Shown: positions 24,584 through 37,250, counted from the stretch's first letter. The stretch: DNA of 64,000 bases from Podarcis muralis (GCF_964188315.1 NC_135662.1:7688001-7752000), one strand, 5' to 3'. Notes: generated by a model from the sequence alone, not told the origin. Translations and numbers: made by a program.

Positions 24584-27500
24584 GTGGAAATCTTGTCTCC
24601 TCTTCTTGAGCAGAAGTTTCCTCTAGGAAATGGAAAGTATCACAAAGATGTTTGACTCAGCAGGAGTTCTGTGCAAAACCCAGAATTGTGAGACCCAGGA
24701 GCCCATTGAACAACACATAAATCCACAACATCTGTCTATCAAGCCAAAAGTCATATATGTGTGTAGTTCTTCACAATATTACTGAATCCCCCACCTGGGC
24801 CACACCCCTCTGGATTTTTTCTCTTTGAGCTTTTTTTGGACTTTAGTGAGTTAGTTTACCTGGAAACTGGGTTTGATTGGTGCCAAGAGAATAAGTCAAT
24901 ACATCATTCCCTGGTCTTCTGGCATTATTGTCTGATTTACCCATGTAGTAGTAGCACCTTTAAGAAGCAAACATACTTGATAAATAAACAAATGAACAGA
25001 TACCCCTGGTGGTGGTGATTCAGAAGATTTATATTATTCTCCCCTCCAAATGCCCCAGTCATTTTCCTAGTGCAAGGCAACTGAGCATTAGCACTTGGGC
25101 TGTTGCTTTAGCTGCAGTTGAGAGCTGGTGGCATCACACCTTCCTGGCTTTCAGCCTGGACCTAATCCAGACAGCTGTTTATATCTACATCCCCTTCCTC
25201 CACACAGCCTCATACACAACATGCTGGGAAGACTTAGCAGTCCTCCTTGCCTACCAGATTCTCCTCTCCTGTAGTCCTGGGGTGATGGGGAAATTTCCAA
25301 GAAGAGGAAAGAAACCCAAGTAACTAGTGTGGAGAATTCTTACGATGGGGTAGGGATGTAACTAACCTTCACTTGTAATGACCAAGAGTAAGGAAAGTGC
25401 TCTCCTGGCATTCTGAGAGTTGACTCAATGAGTGTCTTATAGAAAAGGGAGAAACGAACTCTTCAGGGGGATAACTATTGTTCTGTAGCTTCATGCTAAG
25501 GGTTTAGTCACTCACAGAAGAGAGAAAGGAATTCAAGAATTCAAGAGAGTGTATATGTTTATATTTTAAGCGGAATCCCCTCATTGTGTTTGCTTCTAGG
25601 AACATGGATATCTGCTCTCTTCATATCGCCTTAATAAGAACAATTTTTCCAAGACTTCACTGATCAATCAGAGGTGAATTCCCTGCACTGGACTTGGATC
25701 ACTTGAAATGACCCAGTCTATTCTGTGTACCTGTTAAAATACATTAATCTCATTTTGTCTGGATACAATGTTTGTTCTCTCCCTATTCAAAACCTCAGGA
25801 AGTCACCTTCCTGAGTCTGAGTCAGACTATTGGTCTATCAAGATCAGGACTTGTCAAACAGACTCTCAGTGCCACTCTGTAACATTTTAAAAAGTGGTCT
25901 TTTCAACCCTACCTGGAGGTGCTTGGGAATCACCCTTCTGCAAGCACTGCAGCTCTGGCCTCTCCTGTGAATGTTTCACCCAACCTTCTGACGACCTACA
26001 GATCAGCAGTCTTCAGAGAAGGTGAGTGCAAGAGAACAAGGACACAACATCTTGCACTGGAATGGCAGGTCCTAAAGACTTAAGAGAAAAAAATGTGGCC
26101 CCACTCAAGCCCCATGGAAAAAATGATAAATCTTACCAGTCTCACTCAAAGGTGCAAAACGATCCCTCCTGGTCTTTGTCTGGGTTTAATTTGATTCTCT
26201 GCCTCGTAAGACAAGAGGATGCTCTTTAATAGGATATGAAGATATGAAGATAATTATCAGTTCTCCATGGAGGAGGAGACTATTGCCATTTATGTCCCAG
26301 AAGGCTACAGTCATGAAGACTAGGTTTGTAATTGGTTCTGGACGAAGCAGCTCATGTCTCACATATTTCTTTATCTGTACCAGACGAATGGAATAAATCA
26401 AGATCTCATCCACACATTTCTAATCAAGACTGTCTAAGCAAGATAGCAACTTCCTGGCCTTTTAACGGCCAAAAGCATTTGTCCCTGTGTGCCTTTTATT
26501 GGGTGGGGGAGTTGACTATTGGTGGGGAGACATGACTACCTAGAGTGGGAGGGAAGGTTGCTCTTGAGTAGGCCAACTAGGTGGAGGGGGGCAAGGAGTC
26601 AGAGCCATTTGCTGTGTCCCATGGAAGGGCCCTGATCCACCAGGTCATTTGTCATTAGCAGGCAATTCCATGGTAACCAATTTAATGTTTATTTCTTTTC
26701 ATTTATTTCATAAAAATTATACACTGCTTGATTGTAAAAAAAGAAATAAAAACACCCCAAACAGCTTACAAATGAATAAACAGAAAAACCAAGAAAAATC
26801 ACAACCATACTTTAAAACATGCAAAAGTTAAAATACTGAAGCAGATTGAATATATGTTAAGCTTCTTTACATGATATATTGTGCTTACAGTATTATCATT
26901 TGAACTCCAATTAACATTAATATCTATTTAATATCTATATGGAGCCATTGGATGCAGTCATTAGGAGTTTTGGAGCAAGGTATCAGCAGTGTGATGATGT
27001 TGACACACAGCTTTCCCTTTCCATAACATAGGAATTGGGAGAGGCTGTGAAAGCTTTGAACCGGTGTCTGGATGCAGTAGTGGTCTGGATGAGGGCTGAA
27101 ATCTATGAAGATGGGGGCTCTTTGGGTGGGTGGTTCCCGTGTTTTGGAAATTGGCAATTTCCCTGTTCTGAGTGGGGTTGCACTCTCTTTGAAGGAGCAA
27201 GTGTGAAGTTTGGCGGTACTTCTGGATACATCTCTGTCACTAGATGCTCAGGTGTCCTCTGTGACTAGGAGCACCTTTTCCAGCTATGGCAGTTCCTGGA
27301 CAGGGATAGCCTGACCACTGCAAGAGCATATATTGGTAACCTCGTGGTTAGATTACTGTGATGTGCTTGATGTGGGGCTGCTCTTGGGTCTGGTTTGGAA
27401 GCTCCAGCAGATGCAGAATGCTGCTGCCAGATTGCTGACGGGAGCTTCTCATTGAGAACATGTGAAGCCATTATTTAAACAGCTGTTCTGGCTGCTCCTG

Positions 27501-28438
27501 AGCCGGGTTCACGATTCTTGCATTGATTTACACAGTCCTGAACAACTTGGCTCTAAGATACCTCAGGGATCACCTGAACCCTTATATTCCAGCTTGAGGA
27601 ATTAGACGATTTGCATGAGCATCTTTGGTCATTCTCTCTGTTGTTGAGGTTATTTGACAATAAAAGGAATTTAAGCCTGGTCCTGTGGAACACCCTGCTG
27701 ACAGAGATTTGGTAGCCACTTTCTGTGTCAGCTTTTAAGTACCTGCTGAAAACTTTTCTATTGTGCCAGGCCTATACGAGCAATTAGAGTACTTCCTCCA
27801 CAATGGCCTGTTGATATTTGTTGTTGCTGTTGTTGAAAATACCCTTTAATAGCCATACTGTCAGGAGGTCCTACACATGAGTAGGAGTCCGGCAGAGACA
27901 CGTGCCCGACTGGCATGTTCTCTCCCTCCTGGTCATTCGTTTGGGAGATTCAAAAGCTTTCTCCAGTCTGAACATCACAGCGATTGATACCAAGAGGCAT
28001 CAGCACACTTCAGGATCAGCAGAGTATAGGCCGTCAGTGTTCAGACTCAATAGCACAGCAATTTGGCTAAACTACTTTTAATTACATATATCCACTCGGA
28101 GCATCGTAACTCAGCTCCTTCCTCTTCAGCATCAGACTGCAAAGAGAGAGAACAAGGGACAAAAATCCTACATCACGGAAACACAGTAATAAAAATATCC
28201 TGTCTCTGCCACTTACCACAATGTGGAATGAAAACATACACCTTCATGTGATAAAAACAATCCCATGACTGCAACACAGGGAGTGAATCCTAGCACATAC
28301 TGCTATTGGCATGTTCTATTATCTCTTTATTATTATTTTTAATATTGTTATTTTTAGTTATTTTATTTTTAGTAGTTTTATTTTTATTATTTTTATTATT
28401 AGTTGGAATATTTTCAAAGGAGTTATCTGATGTATTTT

Positions 28439-28572
28439 NNNNNNNNNNNNNNNNNNNNNNNNNNNNNNNNNNNNNNNNNNNNNNNNNNNNNNNNNNNNNN
28501 NNNNNNNNNNNNNNNNNNNNNNNNNNNNNNNNNNNNNNNNNNNNNNNNNNNNNNNNNNNNNNNNNNNNNNNN
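28439..28572. other. Assembly gap (N run)
   Basis: 134 Ns. Confidence 1.
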
Positions 28573-29004
28573 AAACTTGGGTAGTTCATCCACTATGCAA
28601 AGAACCTATTTTCTACATAATTTATAATTTCCTTACAGACGATTGAAGTGGCATGATCCCCCCCATTACATCTCTTAAGGAAATATTTTCAGTTGATTTT
28701 TTTTTAATGTCCTTCAATCCAGGAGACATTTACTATACCCCTGAAATGACACCAAAAAATAGCCACAGGAAATCACTTTAAATTAAGCAAAGAGCAATAA
28801 GAAAGTGAAGCAAACACCAAGTACTAAAATTGCATCACATATCAGCAGTTGAAGAAATGAGATGATGGTTCATTTCTGTTCCTCCCCAGGCATATACAAT
28901 CAACAGTGAAAAGCAGCAGGTTTACAAAAAAAGAGGGCTAAAGGGAACATAGATTGTCATAGCAAGAGGTGCAATTGTGGAGCTCTCTGATTATTTTGAA
29001 CGTA

Positions 29005-29994
29005 TCACACCTGGGTCTGGATTGGGACATTATTGGCCTCCTCTCTGCAGTCTTCCTCCTCCTTGAAAAGCCTCTGGAGTATGACTTTCATGCTCTCCCT
29101 AGATTGACCGCTCTTTCTCCTCCCAACCAGGAAATAAATCAATGGCTTAACGCTGCTGTTTAGGCAGCAGCATAAGGCCCCAACGTGTAGGGCATTACGA
29201 AATGTAAGATGGGGGAAAGAAAATATTAAATAAAGGAAAGTAAATGGGAAAGCAAACAAGAGGGAAAAGAGGAGCACCATCAGGATGGCTATTAAAAGAT
29301 TTCCTTGCTGCCTCTGCTGTGATCTCAAGCAAAGTTTGATGAAGAGGATCAGAGTGGAGACACTCATGAGCGGGAGGCACAACACAGCACTCACCAGCAA
29401 CTGGTACCAACCAAAAGCTACTCCAAAGTCTACAATGTCATTAAGGATGCTCACAAGAGTGAGCAGGAAAGCAAGGCTCCATATGATGGCACACACAATG
29501 ATGGACAGGTTGGGTGGCCGGCGACATCGATGCCAAATGGGGAAGGCGACAGAAACACAGCTGTCGATGCTGATGGCTGTCAGCAGAAATTGACCAATGA
29601 GGTTCGTGGAGAAAAAGCAATAGGCACTTATGATCACTAAATAGTAAACATCGAAATTGACAAGATGCGAACGAGAATTATCGAGGAAGACAATTGTCCT
29701 CCAAGGAACTGAGCCTAGGAGGACCCCAAGGTCAGCAACAGCCAAATTCAGGATATAGGTTGCGAAAGCAGTCCTTTTCATGCAAAATCCGAGAATCCAG
29801 ATGACAGTTCCATTCCCTAAAAGTCCAAAGACACTAATGAGGAAAATGCAGACAAGGAGAATAATAATCGTTACGTCATATGATGGTATTTCGTCAAAAT
29901 AATCAGTATAGTCTGGGAGCCCAGTTGCATTGTGTATATTATATTCCTCTTCAGCACCCAAAGGGATTGGAGAGTGCAGGCCATTATTGGCCAT
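29005..29994 (-). CDS. Divergent MAS-related GPCR, intact ORF, ~329 aa from ATG 29994 (MANNGL...)
   Basis: LGNGTVIWILGF, FATYILNLAVAD, LTAISIDSCVSVAFPIWHRCRRP, LNSSVKPLIYFLVG. The track start at 30042 is a GTG right after a splice acceptor (tttttctcttttattcccagtag). The first ATG (29994) has a strong context, atcATGg. Confidence 0.93.
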   Translation of the reverse strand: MANNGLHSPIPLGAEEEYNIHNATGLPDYTDYFDEIPSYDVTIIILLVCIFLISVFGLLGNGTVIWILGFCMKRTAFATYILNLAVADLGVLLGSVPWRTIVFLDNSRSHLVNFDVYYLVIISAYCFFSTNLIGQFLLTAISIDSCVSVAFPIWHRCRRPPNLSIIVCAIIWSLAFLLTLVSILNDIVDFGVAFGWYQLLVSAVLCLPLMSVSTLILFIKLCLRSQQRQQGNLLIAILMVLLFSLLFAFPFTFLYLIFSFPHLTFRNALHVGALCCCLNSSVKPLIYFLVGRRKSGQSRESMKVILQRLFKEEEDCREEANNVPIQTQV

Positions 29995-30124
29995 GATGTT
30001 CAATCTCTTCTCTTCTCTTTCAGCTACTTCTTGCAGAGTCACCTACTGGGAATAAAAGAGAAAAAAGTGAAGTTTGTTTATGGACTGCCTCGCCAAAGTG
30101 GTGCATGCACGCCATGTGGTTATC

Positions 30125-30699
30125 TCCTACTTGGACTACTGCAATGCACTCTACGTGAGGCTTTGAAGGTGATCTGGAAACTACAACTAATCCAGAATGC
30201 GGCAGCTAGACTGGTGACTGGGAGCAGCCACCGAGACCACATAACACCAGTCTTGAAAGACCTACATTGGCTCCCTGTTCGTTTCTGAGCACAATTCAAA
30301 GTGTTGGTGTTCACCTTTAAAGCCCTAAATGGCCACGGTCCAGTATATTTGAAGGAGCGTCTCCACCCCCATTGTTCTGCCCGGACACTGAGGTCCAGCG
30401 CCGAGGGCCTTCTGGCAGCTCCCTCACTGCAAGAAGGCAAGTTACAGGGAACCAGGCAGTGGCCTTCTTGGTAGTGGCACCCTCCCTGTGGAACGTCCTC
30501 CCACCAGATGTCAAAGAGAACAACAACTACCAGACTTTTAGAAGACATCTGAAGGCAGCCCTGTTTAGGGAAGCTTTTAATGTTTGATGCATTATGGTAT
30601 TTTTATATATTTTTTTGAAGCCACCCAGAGTGGCTGGGGAAGCCCAGACAGATGGGTGGGGTATAAATAATACATTATTATTATTATTATTATTATTAA
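30125..30699 (+). mobile_element. L2-clade LINE 3' fragment in the intron of the divergent receptor
   Basis: KLQLIQNAAARLVTGSSHRDHITPVLKDLHWLPVRF, with a (TTA)n tail. Confidence 0.9.
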
Positions 30700-32049
30700 G
30701 CTGAAAAATATTTCACTGCTTCCTGCAGTTGGTTATAAATTTTTCACTTTTGTTCTCATTGTCAATTGAAAGGGGAGAGTTCACTGTGGAGCGCTGAGAT
30801 CTCGCTTCAGTGACGTTAGTTTCTTAGGGAGCAACTCTTTGGACTAGAAGCGGTAGTAAATCAAGCAGATTCAAATTCAGCTGGTATAAAGTTATGTCAG
30901 ATTCAAACCCTGCCCATCAGCTGTGCTGCTTCTGCACTTTCTAAGCCTGGCAGAAGGAAAACAAGCCTTTAAGAACATATTCTATGCTAAGTTACCCAGT
31001 TACATGACTGAGCTGGATGGGCTTAGGATCCAGCTTAAATCCCTGCTCTCTGGCCCCATCCTGAGAAGAACCCCAGAACATGCCTTTTCTAGGACTTACG
31101 TAGAATTCAGTCCAAGGAGCCTCAGCTCAGATTGCTGAGTGCCACATGAGCGAGAGAGGTCATACAGTGAGACAAAACATTGTATCTCTTCTTTGTCCTC
31201 TTTTGGTTCTCACCCAACGTTACAACCCTTGACCTGACCCAGTTTATTCTGCAACATCTGCTAACACTCAAAGGACTCAATGATTCTGGATCTAATGTTC
31301 TCTCCCTCCGTTTGTCCCTCTGAACAAAACAATGGCCCTATACTGTGCCAGAGCAGAGCTTTCTTTGGCCCGAACTTTTCTCCAATTATTATTCTTATTG
31401 GTTCTCCGCTTGGCCAAACACGCGTGGGCAAGGGGATCCATCAGGATCTAGCACCCATCAGAATCTAGTACTCCTCCTTTTCGCCATGTGCGTCATCATC
31501 ACGGAAGCTCAGGGCTCCTCTGCAAAGTCTGGGGGCTTGCATCGCAGTACCAAGCGGAGTCATTTGATGCTGCCGCTTCCTCCTCCTCCGTCCATGTTGC
31601 TCCCAGGTGGCGGTTTCACTTGGAGGTGTATCGCAGGTGAAACTGCTGCTGAGTCCCTCTGCCACCTGGAAGCTGCCCTGTCACTCCTACTTGCATGCAC
31701 CAGCCGGAGAGGAAGAGCAGCTCGCTGGACTGGCAGAACTGATGGACGGGGTCAGGGAGGCTTGGGGGGGCTCTTTGGGCTCTGGGGTGGGTCATTTCAG
31801 GGTGCTCCCCATTATACGTGATTTTGCGCACGCGCAGGGGCTACCCCCGTGTAAATGGGGAGCCATCTGTACTACAATGGGTCTCACTCCAGATTAAATT
31901 GTGTTAGGATTACATCCTTAGACAAGGAGGCAGGCTTTATGTTTGGAGGTGCCAGAACAAAGTTATCTGCAATACAATTAGTCATTTAGTTTGGTTTTTT
32001 TTTTTAAATTTACTTGATTGGGCGGGGGGGCAGCTGCTCCCTACACCCC

Positions 32050-33700
32050 CCTGGCTACACCCATGCTTAGACATGAATAAAAACTTCCTTCTAGCATCTC
32101 AAAAATTGTGGTTCCTATTTTTTATTTTTCAAAGTACTGTACCATCAAGTCCCACGTTGGGTACTTCCTTCACATCCACGAAGGATAGTGATTTTGTCTT
32201 ATTTCTCCCCCCTGAGGAATCAAAAGATAGAAGGAAACTCCATCAAGCACCTATCAGTTATCTTCTGGTGGTTCCAGAAAGTTTCACTTCCATAACGACA
32301 ATCATTCGTCTTACCTGTAGGAGAAAAAGCAGTGAAGATCCTGCAGCCCCGGTTGAACTGCGTTACTTCCAGCACTGAGAGATACACTTGCAGCCAGATC
32401 AGTAACTTGTTATCCAAAAGGAGCCTTGGGGAGCAAGCAAAAGGAAAGCCAAACCCAGCAGGGTATTTGAGGACGTCGGGAAAAACCTTCCTCCACCCTA
32501 CTTTCCAGAGATATGAAGACGCTCTCTTGAAAAACCGATACCGACCGAGTTAGGAAATGAAAGACGGGGACAAATGGAATAGTTCAAACTCAGGAAATTT
32601 CACGGTAGTAACAGCAGCAACCGGGACAGAGCTATGCGACCCCATTGCTCTCAGAGTGAGGCTAATTTTGGAAGGAAGATACTAAGTTTGGAAGGCAAAT
32701 GGGAAGGGAAGTGAGGTGAGGAGGCGGTGCCTCTGCGAAGGGTCTGCAGCGTGAATGAAGGGTGTGCGTGAAAGGATCTAGAGTGGAAGCTGGAAGGGAC
32801 CTTGTGGGTAAGGAAGAAAGCCTGAAGAGAAGAGGGCGCTTGGAGGGACCTCGGGGATTGTCACAAATTTTAGACAACCCTAAATGCCCTTTCTAAGAAG
32901 TGAGTCTATTGAGCGCAGACTTCCTTTGCAGTGAATAAGTCATAGGGTTGCACAGAGAGAGATCCCCCGACAGGTCAAATATCTGAAAGGAGAGTGGTGA
33001 GGATTTGTTATTGGAAATGGAAGGGGGAAGGAACTAGAAGGTGAGGAAGAAAGAGAAAAGGAGAGAGTGTTTTTTTTTAAAAAAATAAATAATTTATTGT
33101 GAGAATAGTCAACTTCTATGCAGTCTGCAGCAAAGCAGTTCAGGGACATTGTCTGTAACATTTTGACTGCAAAGAGTCTAGCTTCTAAATGTGAAGGATT
33201 TAGCTTTGTTACCTTTGCTCTGAGCACATTCTTGGTTGTAGGAAGCAAAGGAGGAACCAGATCTCGGTTTGCATGGAGAAGGTCCCAGGTGTCATTCTTG
33301 GCATCTGCAGGTAGGACTGGGGAAATCCCTGCCTGCAACTGTGGACAGGTGCTGCCATCCAGTGCCAACCAGCATCTCCCACCTGGCATTCTCCAGATGA
33401 TTTGGACTACAATTCTCATCATCCCTGACCATTAGTCATGCTGGCTGTGGATAGTGGGAGTTGGAGTTTGCAGGGTATCAGGTGGGCGAAAAGGTGTGCT
33501 AGGCACGGGGAGCCTCCAGCCAGCAGGACAAACGAGACCTCATTTTGCTGGTAAGGCTGTTTCTCCCAAACCTCATCTGCCTGTCACACACATGATATCA
33601 TATGTGATATCAACTCTGGGCCATGTAAGGAATACATGACTAGAAAGGAACTATCAGGAGCTAGGTTTGGCATGTGGAGCTCACTGTCAGCTGTTTGGTA
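32050..33700 (-). repeat. Left arm of an inverted duplication; promoter/first-exon-like block with donor cctacag|gtaag at 32314
   Basis: The reverse complement aligns with 45910-47520. The donor points toward the acceptor of the divergent receptor at ~30045. Confidence 0.85.
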
Positions 33701-33824
33701 CAGGCAGCGAGCCCCTTTAAAGTTGTCTCTTTGCTGGAAGGATTTGGCTGCAAACTCTGCCTTCAAATGGATGCTCCCCCTCTTTGCACACTTGCCAACC
33801 TGTCTGCAAAGAAGAAGAGTTTGG

Positions 33825-34037
33825 ATTTGATATCCCGCTTTATCACTACCCAAAAGAGTCTCAAAGCTGCTAACATTCTCCTTTCCTTTCCTCCCCACAC
33901 AACAAACACTCTGTGAGGTGAGTGGGGCTGAGAGACTTCAAAGAAGTGTGACTAGCCCAAGGTCACCCAGCAGCTGCATGTGGAGGAGCAGAGACGCAAA
34001 CCCAGTTCACCAGATTACGAGTCTACTGCTCTTAACC
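33825..34037 (-). mobile_element. tRNA-derived squamate SINE (Squam2/Squam3-like, family uncertain)
   Basis: Reverse strand starts gagagccagtgtggtgtagtggttaagagc (box A). Same family at 37981-38203, 58855-59100 and 61110-61330. Confidence 0.85.
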
Positions 34038-36334
34038 ACTACACCACACTGGCTCTCGTAGAATCATAGAATTGTAGAGCTGGAAAGCTCCATCTAGTCC
34101 AACCCTCTGCAATGCAAGAATCTTTTGCCCAACGTGGGGCTCAAACCCACGACCCTGAGATCAAGTTCTGTGCTCTGCTCGGTCTAAACAGAAGGGGGAA
34201 GAAAGCCTGTTTGCAGCACAGTCTGGATCCAAATCAGTATAATTGTATATGATATAAAGGAGATTCCTGTATCCTAATTTACTAGCTACTTGCAGGAAAC
34301 CAAATTACTGCTTCAGAAGCTGCAAGTGGCTGCCCCAGAGAAAGTGGAGGCTGTTCTGTTAGGGCAAATGAGGCAATAACACACCAACCTATTTCTGTCT
34401 GCCTTTCAACTTCTTTCTCCTTAGTTGACCCTTGTAGAACTCAACAGGGAAGAGGATGGAACAGAAAACCAAAATTTGTTGACTTGGCCTGTCGTTGGTT
34501 CCGGCTCCACAAATTATTGGGCTCAATGCCCAGTGGCATGTTGGCCACTCCTGCCCAGAGGTATCCTCTTCTCACTGCATGGATAACAGAACCTAGTATC
34601 AGAGATGATCTTGTGGATCTTCTTGCCCTATCTGAATATTGGTTGGCTGGTTGTATTTATATCCCATCCTTTTGTTCTTTCTTTTTATACTGCACTCTCA
34701 ATGTAAAACACACACACACACACAAGCACACCCCAAACCCCCCCAACTACAGTCACTAGCAAAAACCAAGTGTAAACAATGTAAATTCAGATATAGAAAA
34801 CGTAAATACAAATAAAGTGACAAGGGATCACTTTTAAGTAAGTTTCGTTTTTTCACCAAGTGTGTGTAATATTTGGGGGGGGGGGGTGATAACCTTGTAC
34901 AGTAAGTGTTCAATGGATTGAAACTGGCTGTAAGAACATTTCCCATTTATTCCTAAGTATTATTTGAAAGTTTGATCTCAGAGAGATCAGAAGAATTAAA
35001 GCAATAGGCAAATGTTTCCATCATATTTTTTTTTTTTAAAATCAATTATAAATATGCCCCATGTTGCTTCCAGTGATACAACAATAAAAGTAACCACATT
35101 GCAAAACTTAAATACAATGAGCACAGAGGGGTAAAATAATCACTATTAGAGGAGGTTAAGGGGGGAAACACAGGACTGAGAGCTACCAGGCCAGTTTTAG
35201 CCCCACTTGGCTAAGTACATTGATCTTTTTATAGCTGCTTCTGAAATAACATACTGTGCAGGGGAGAGGGAGGGGTGTTGGATGGAGAGAAAGAAGACCC
35301 TAGGATCTTGTGTGCTGCCCACTAGGTCCAAGTGGAATGGAAAGTTACATTATGGAGGGTCCAGTAGATGGCAGCATTTGCCTGTTGAAATGGCCCTTGT
35401 CACCCACTCCCCCCCCCCCCCCCGCATTTTGGCCAGCTCCTAAGCAGATGCAGGTCACTGAACTTCCCAAGATTTAAGTTTATATGGAACATGATTTTTG
35501 AACTTTGAGTCAATGCCTTTCCCATAGGACTATTGGTTCTCTACCCATCCTTTGTGATTGTGTTGCATTTTTTCCTATGACATACTTTTTGCACTTTTTG
35601 CACCTTCTACATGATTTAAGTTGCAATCCATTACCCATTTAGGCTGGAGTAAGCACCATTGAACTTAGTGAGACTTATACCTGAGTGGATGTTTGCAGGG
35701 CTGCACTGCAATGCCCATTCTATTAGGAAACCTAATTGTGTCAATCAGCTCTGCAGTTCATCTGCTGACATTTTGCTAGATCAATCAATCAGGTTTATTG
35801 CAAACCTGAAGGCATAATAAAAAAACAGATAATAAATGCAACAGCAAATCAATGTCAGTGTTCATCATAACAGTTAAGTACATTGTTGGCAGAATATAAT
35901 CCTATCTTGCCATAGCAATTTACTTTTAATAAAATTTATCCTCAAAGACATTCCTAGCAACTGTTTCTATAGCTGTGGGGAACTTCCTTCTCTTAGACAC
36001 TAACCAATTCCAATACAGGCCATATTCTGGTACGGCTACAAGGTTTTCCAAATAATGTTATGGCTGGCTAGATTTGAATTGCTGTTGTTGTTTTCCCACC
36101 TTTCTCCCAAGTTGGGATTCAAGACAGCTAGCAACTTTTAGAAACACATTATAAAATACAAAGCAGTAAAAACAAACTAGTTAAAAACAATAGTTGAAAT
36201 ACATTAAAAGATTTAAAACCAGCAATTTAGATTCAAGGATGCTTACACGCCTTAGTATGTTGAAGACCAAACCATAGGCAGTTGCTTGAAATCAGCCATA
36301 TAAAATTAAAAACCAGGAAAGGGATTAGGAGAAA

Positions 36335-36410
36335 GCACCATAGCTCAGTGAGAGAACAACTGCCTTGCATGCAGAAGGCTCCAGGTTCAATCCTTGGCCT
36401 CTGCCTCCAT
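36335..36410 (+). mobile_element. tRNA-Ala-like SINE head remnant
   Basis: catagctcagtg...ttgcatgcagaaggctccaggttcaatcc, with degenerate stems. Confidence 0.6.
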
Positions 36411-36842
36411 TTGCCATTGACAGATTGCAAGTTCAGCCCTACCATTTGACAGAGTGAGGTGGCAGCTGCAGGTGGTGGGTGCTGGGGAGCGGGGTAGGAT
36501 GTTTGAAGACAGAGTTGTGTGCATGTCATATGACATGCCTGTGCCCCTTCTGAGATCAGCTGCAGTGGGAGACATCATCCCACCACCAAATTTCTAACAC
36601 ATGGAATGAAAAGTGGATGTCATCTTGTCCTTCGCCTCTGGCAGCAACATCTCTTTGCCCTGCTCTGCCAGACTCTGCTATTTTTCCTGACTGCTTCAGC
36701 AACATCATTACGTTTTAAGGAAATTTATTTCCAAATGTTTTTCCAAGGGATGGTTTATACTTGGAAAGTTAATGGGAGTCCTGAATGCATGATTCTGCAG
36801 AAGGCTATATCTTGGAAATTAATACCAAGTAGGCTTTATCTT

Positions 36843-37250
36843 AAAGCTGGACCATAAAGAAGGCTGATCGCCGAAGAATTGATGCTTTTGAATGGTGTTG
36901 GAGGAGACTCTTGAGAGTCCCATGGACTGCAAGAAGATCAAACCTATCCATTCTGAAGGAAATCAGCCCTGAGTGCTCACTAGAAGGACAGATCGTGAAG
37001 CTGAGGCTCCAATACTTTGGCCACCTCATGAGAAGAGAAGACTCCCTGGAAAAGACCCTGATGTTGGGAAAGATGGAGGGCACAAGGAGAAGGGGACGAC
37101 AGAGGACGAAATGGTGGGACAGTGTTCTCGAAGCTACCAGCATGAGTTTGACCAAACTGCGGGAGGCAGTGGAAGACAGGAGTGCCTGGCGTGCTCTGGT
37201 CCAGGGGGTCACGAAGAGTCCGACATGACTAAACGATTAAACAACAACAA
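36843..37250 (+). mobile_element. BovB (RTE-clade LINE) 3' fragment with 12-bp TSD
   Basis: MRVPWTARRSNLSILKEISPECSLEGQIVKLRLQYFGHLMRREDSLEKTLMLGK, (CAA)n tail, TSD aggctttatctt at 36831-36842 and 37250-37261. Confidence 0.93.

Larger units (their letters stand above)
1..28438. repeat. Tandem segmental duplication array, six recognisable units (three gene-complete, two heavily deleted, one cut by the gap)
   Basis: Landmark agaagcaaacat...agatacccctggtggtggtgattcagaa recurs at 1, 7510, 14197 and 24963 (spacings 7509 and 6687 for the first two units). Deleted units start near 21550 and 23299. Confidence 0.95.

Noticed and set aside
1-28438. CRISPR-like or prokaryotic repeat-spacer system
   Set aside because: Repeats are kilobase-scale eukaryotic duplications or microsatellites. 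There is no regular short repeat/unique spacer array and no cas-like ORF.
31345-31821. 158-aa GC-rich ORF
   Set aside because: Low-complexity translation with no domain. It lies in sequence that looks like a non-autonomous DNA element.
32940-33422. Paired ORFs MMRIVVQIIWRMPGG (and 46174-46482) as a duplicated small gene
   Set aside because: The start lies in a common short lizard repeat (gggatgatgagaattgtagtc), the middle is a SINE remnant, and the two copies diverge in frame and length.
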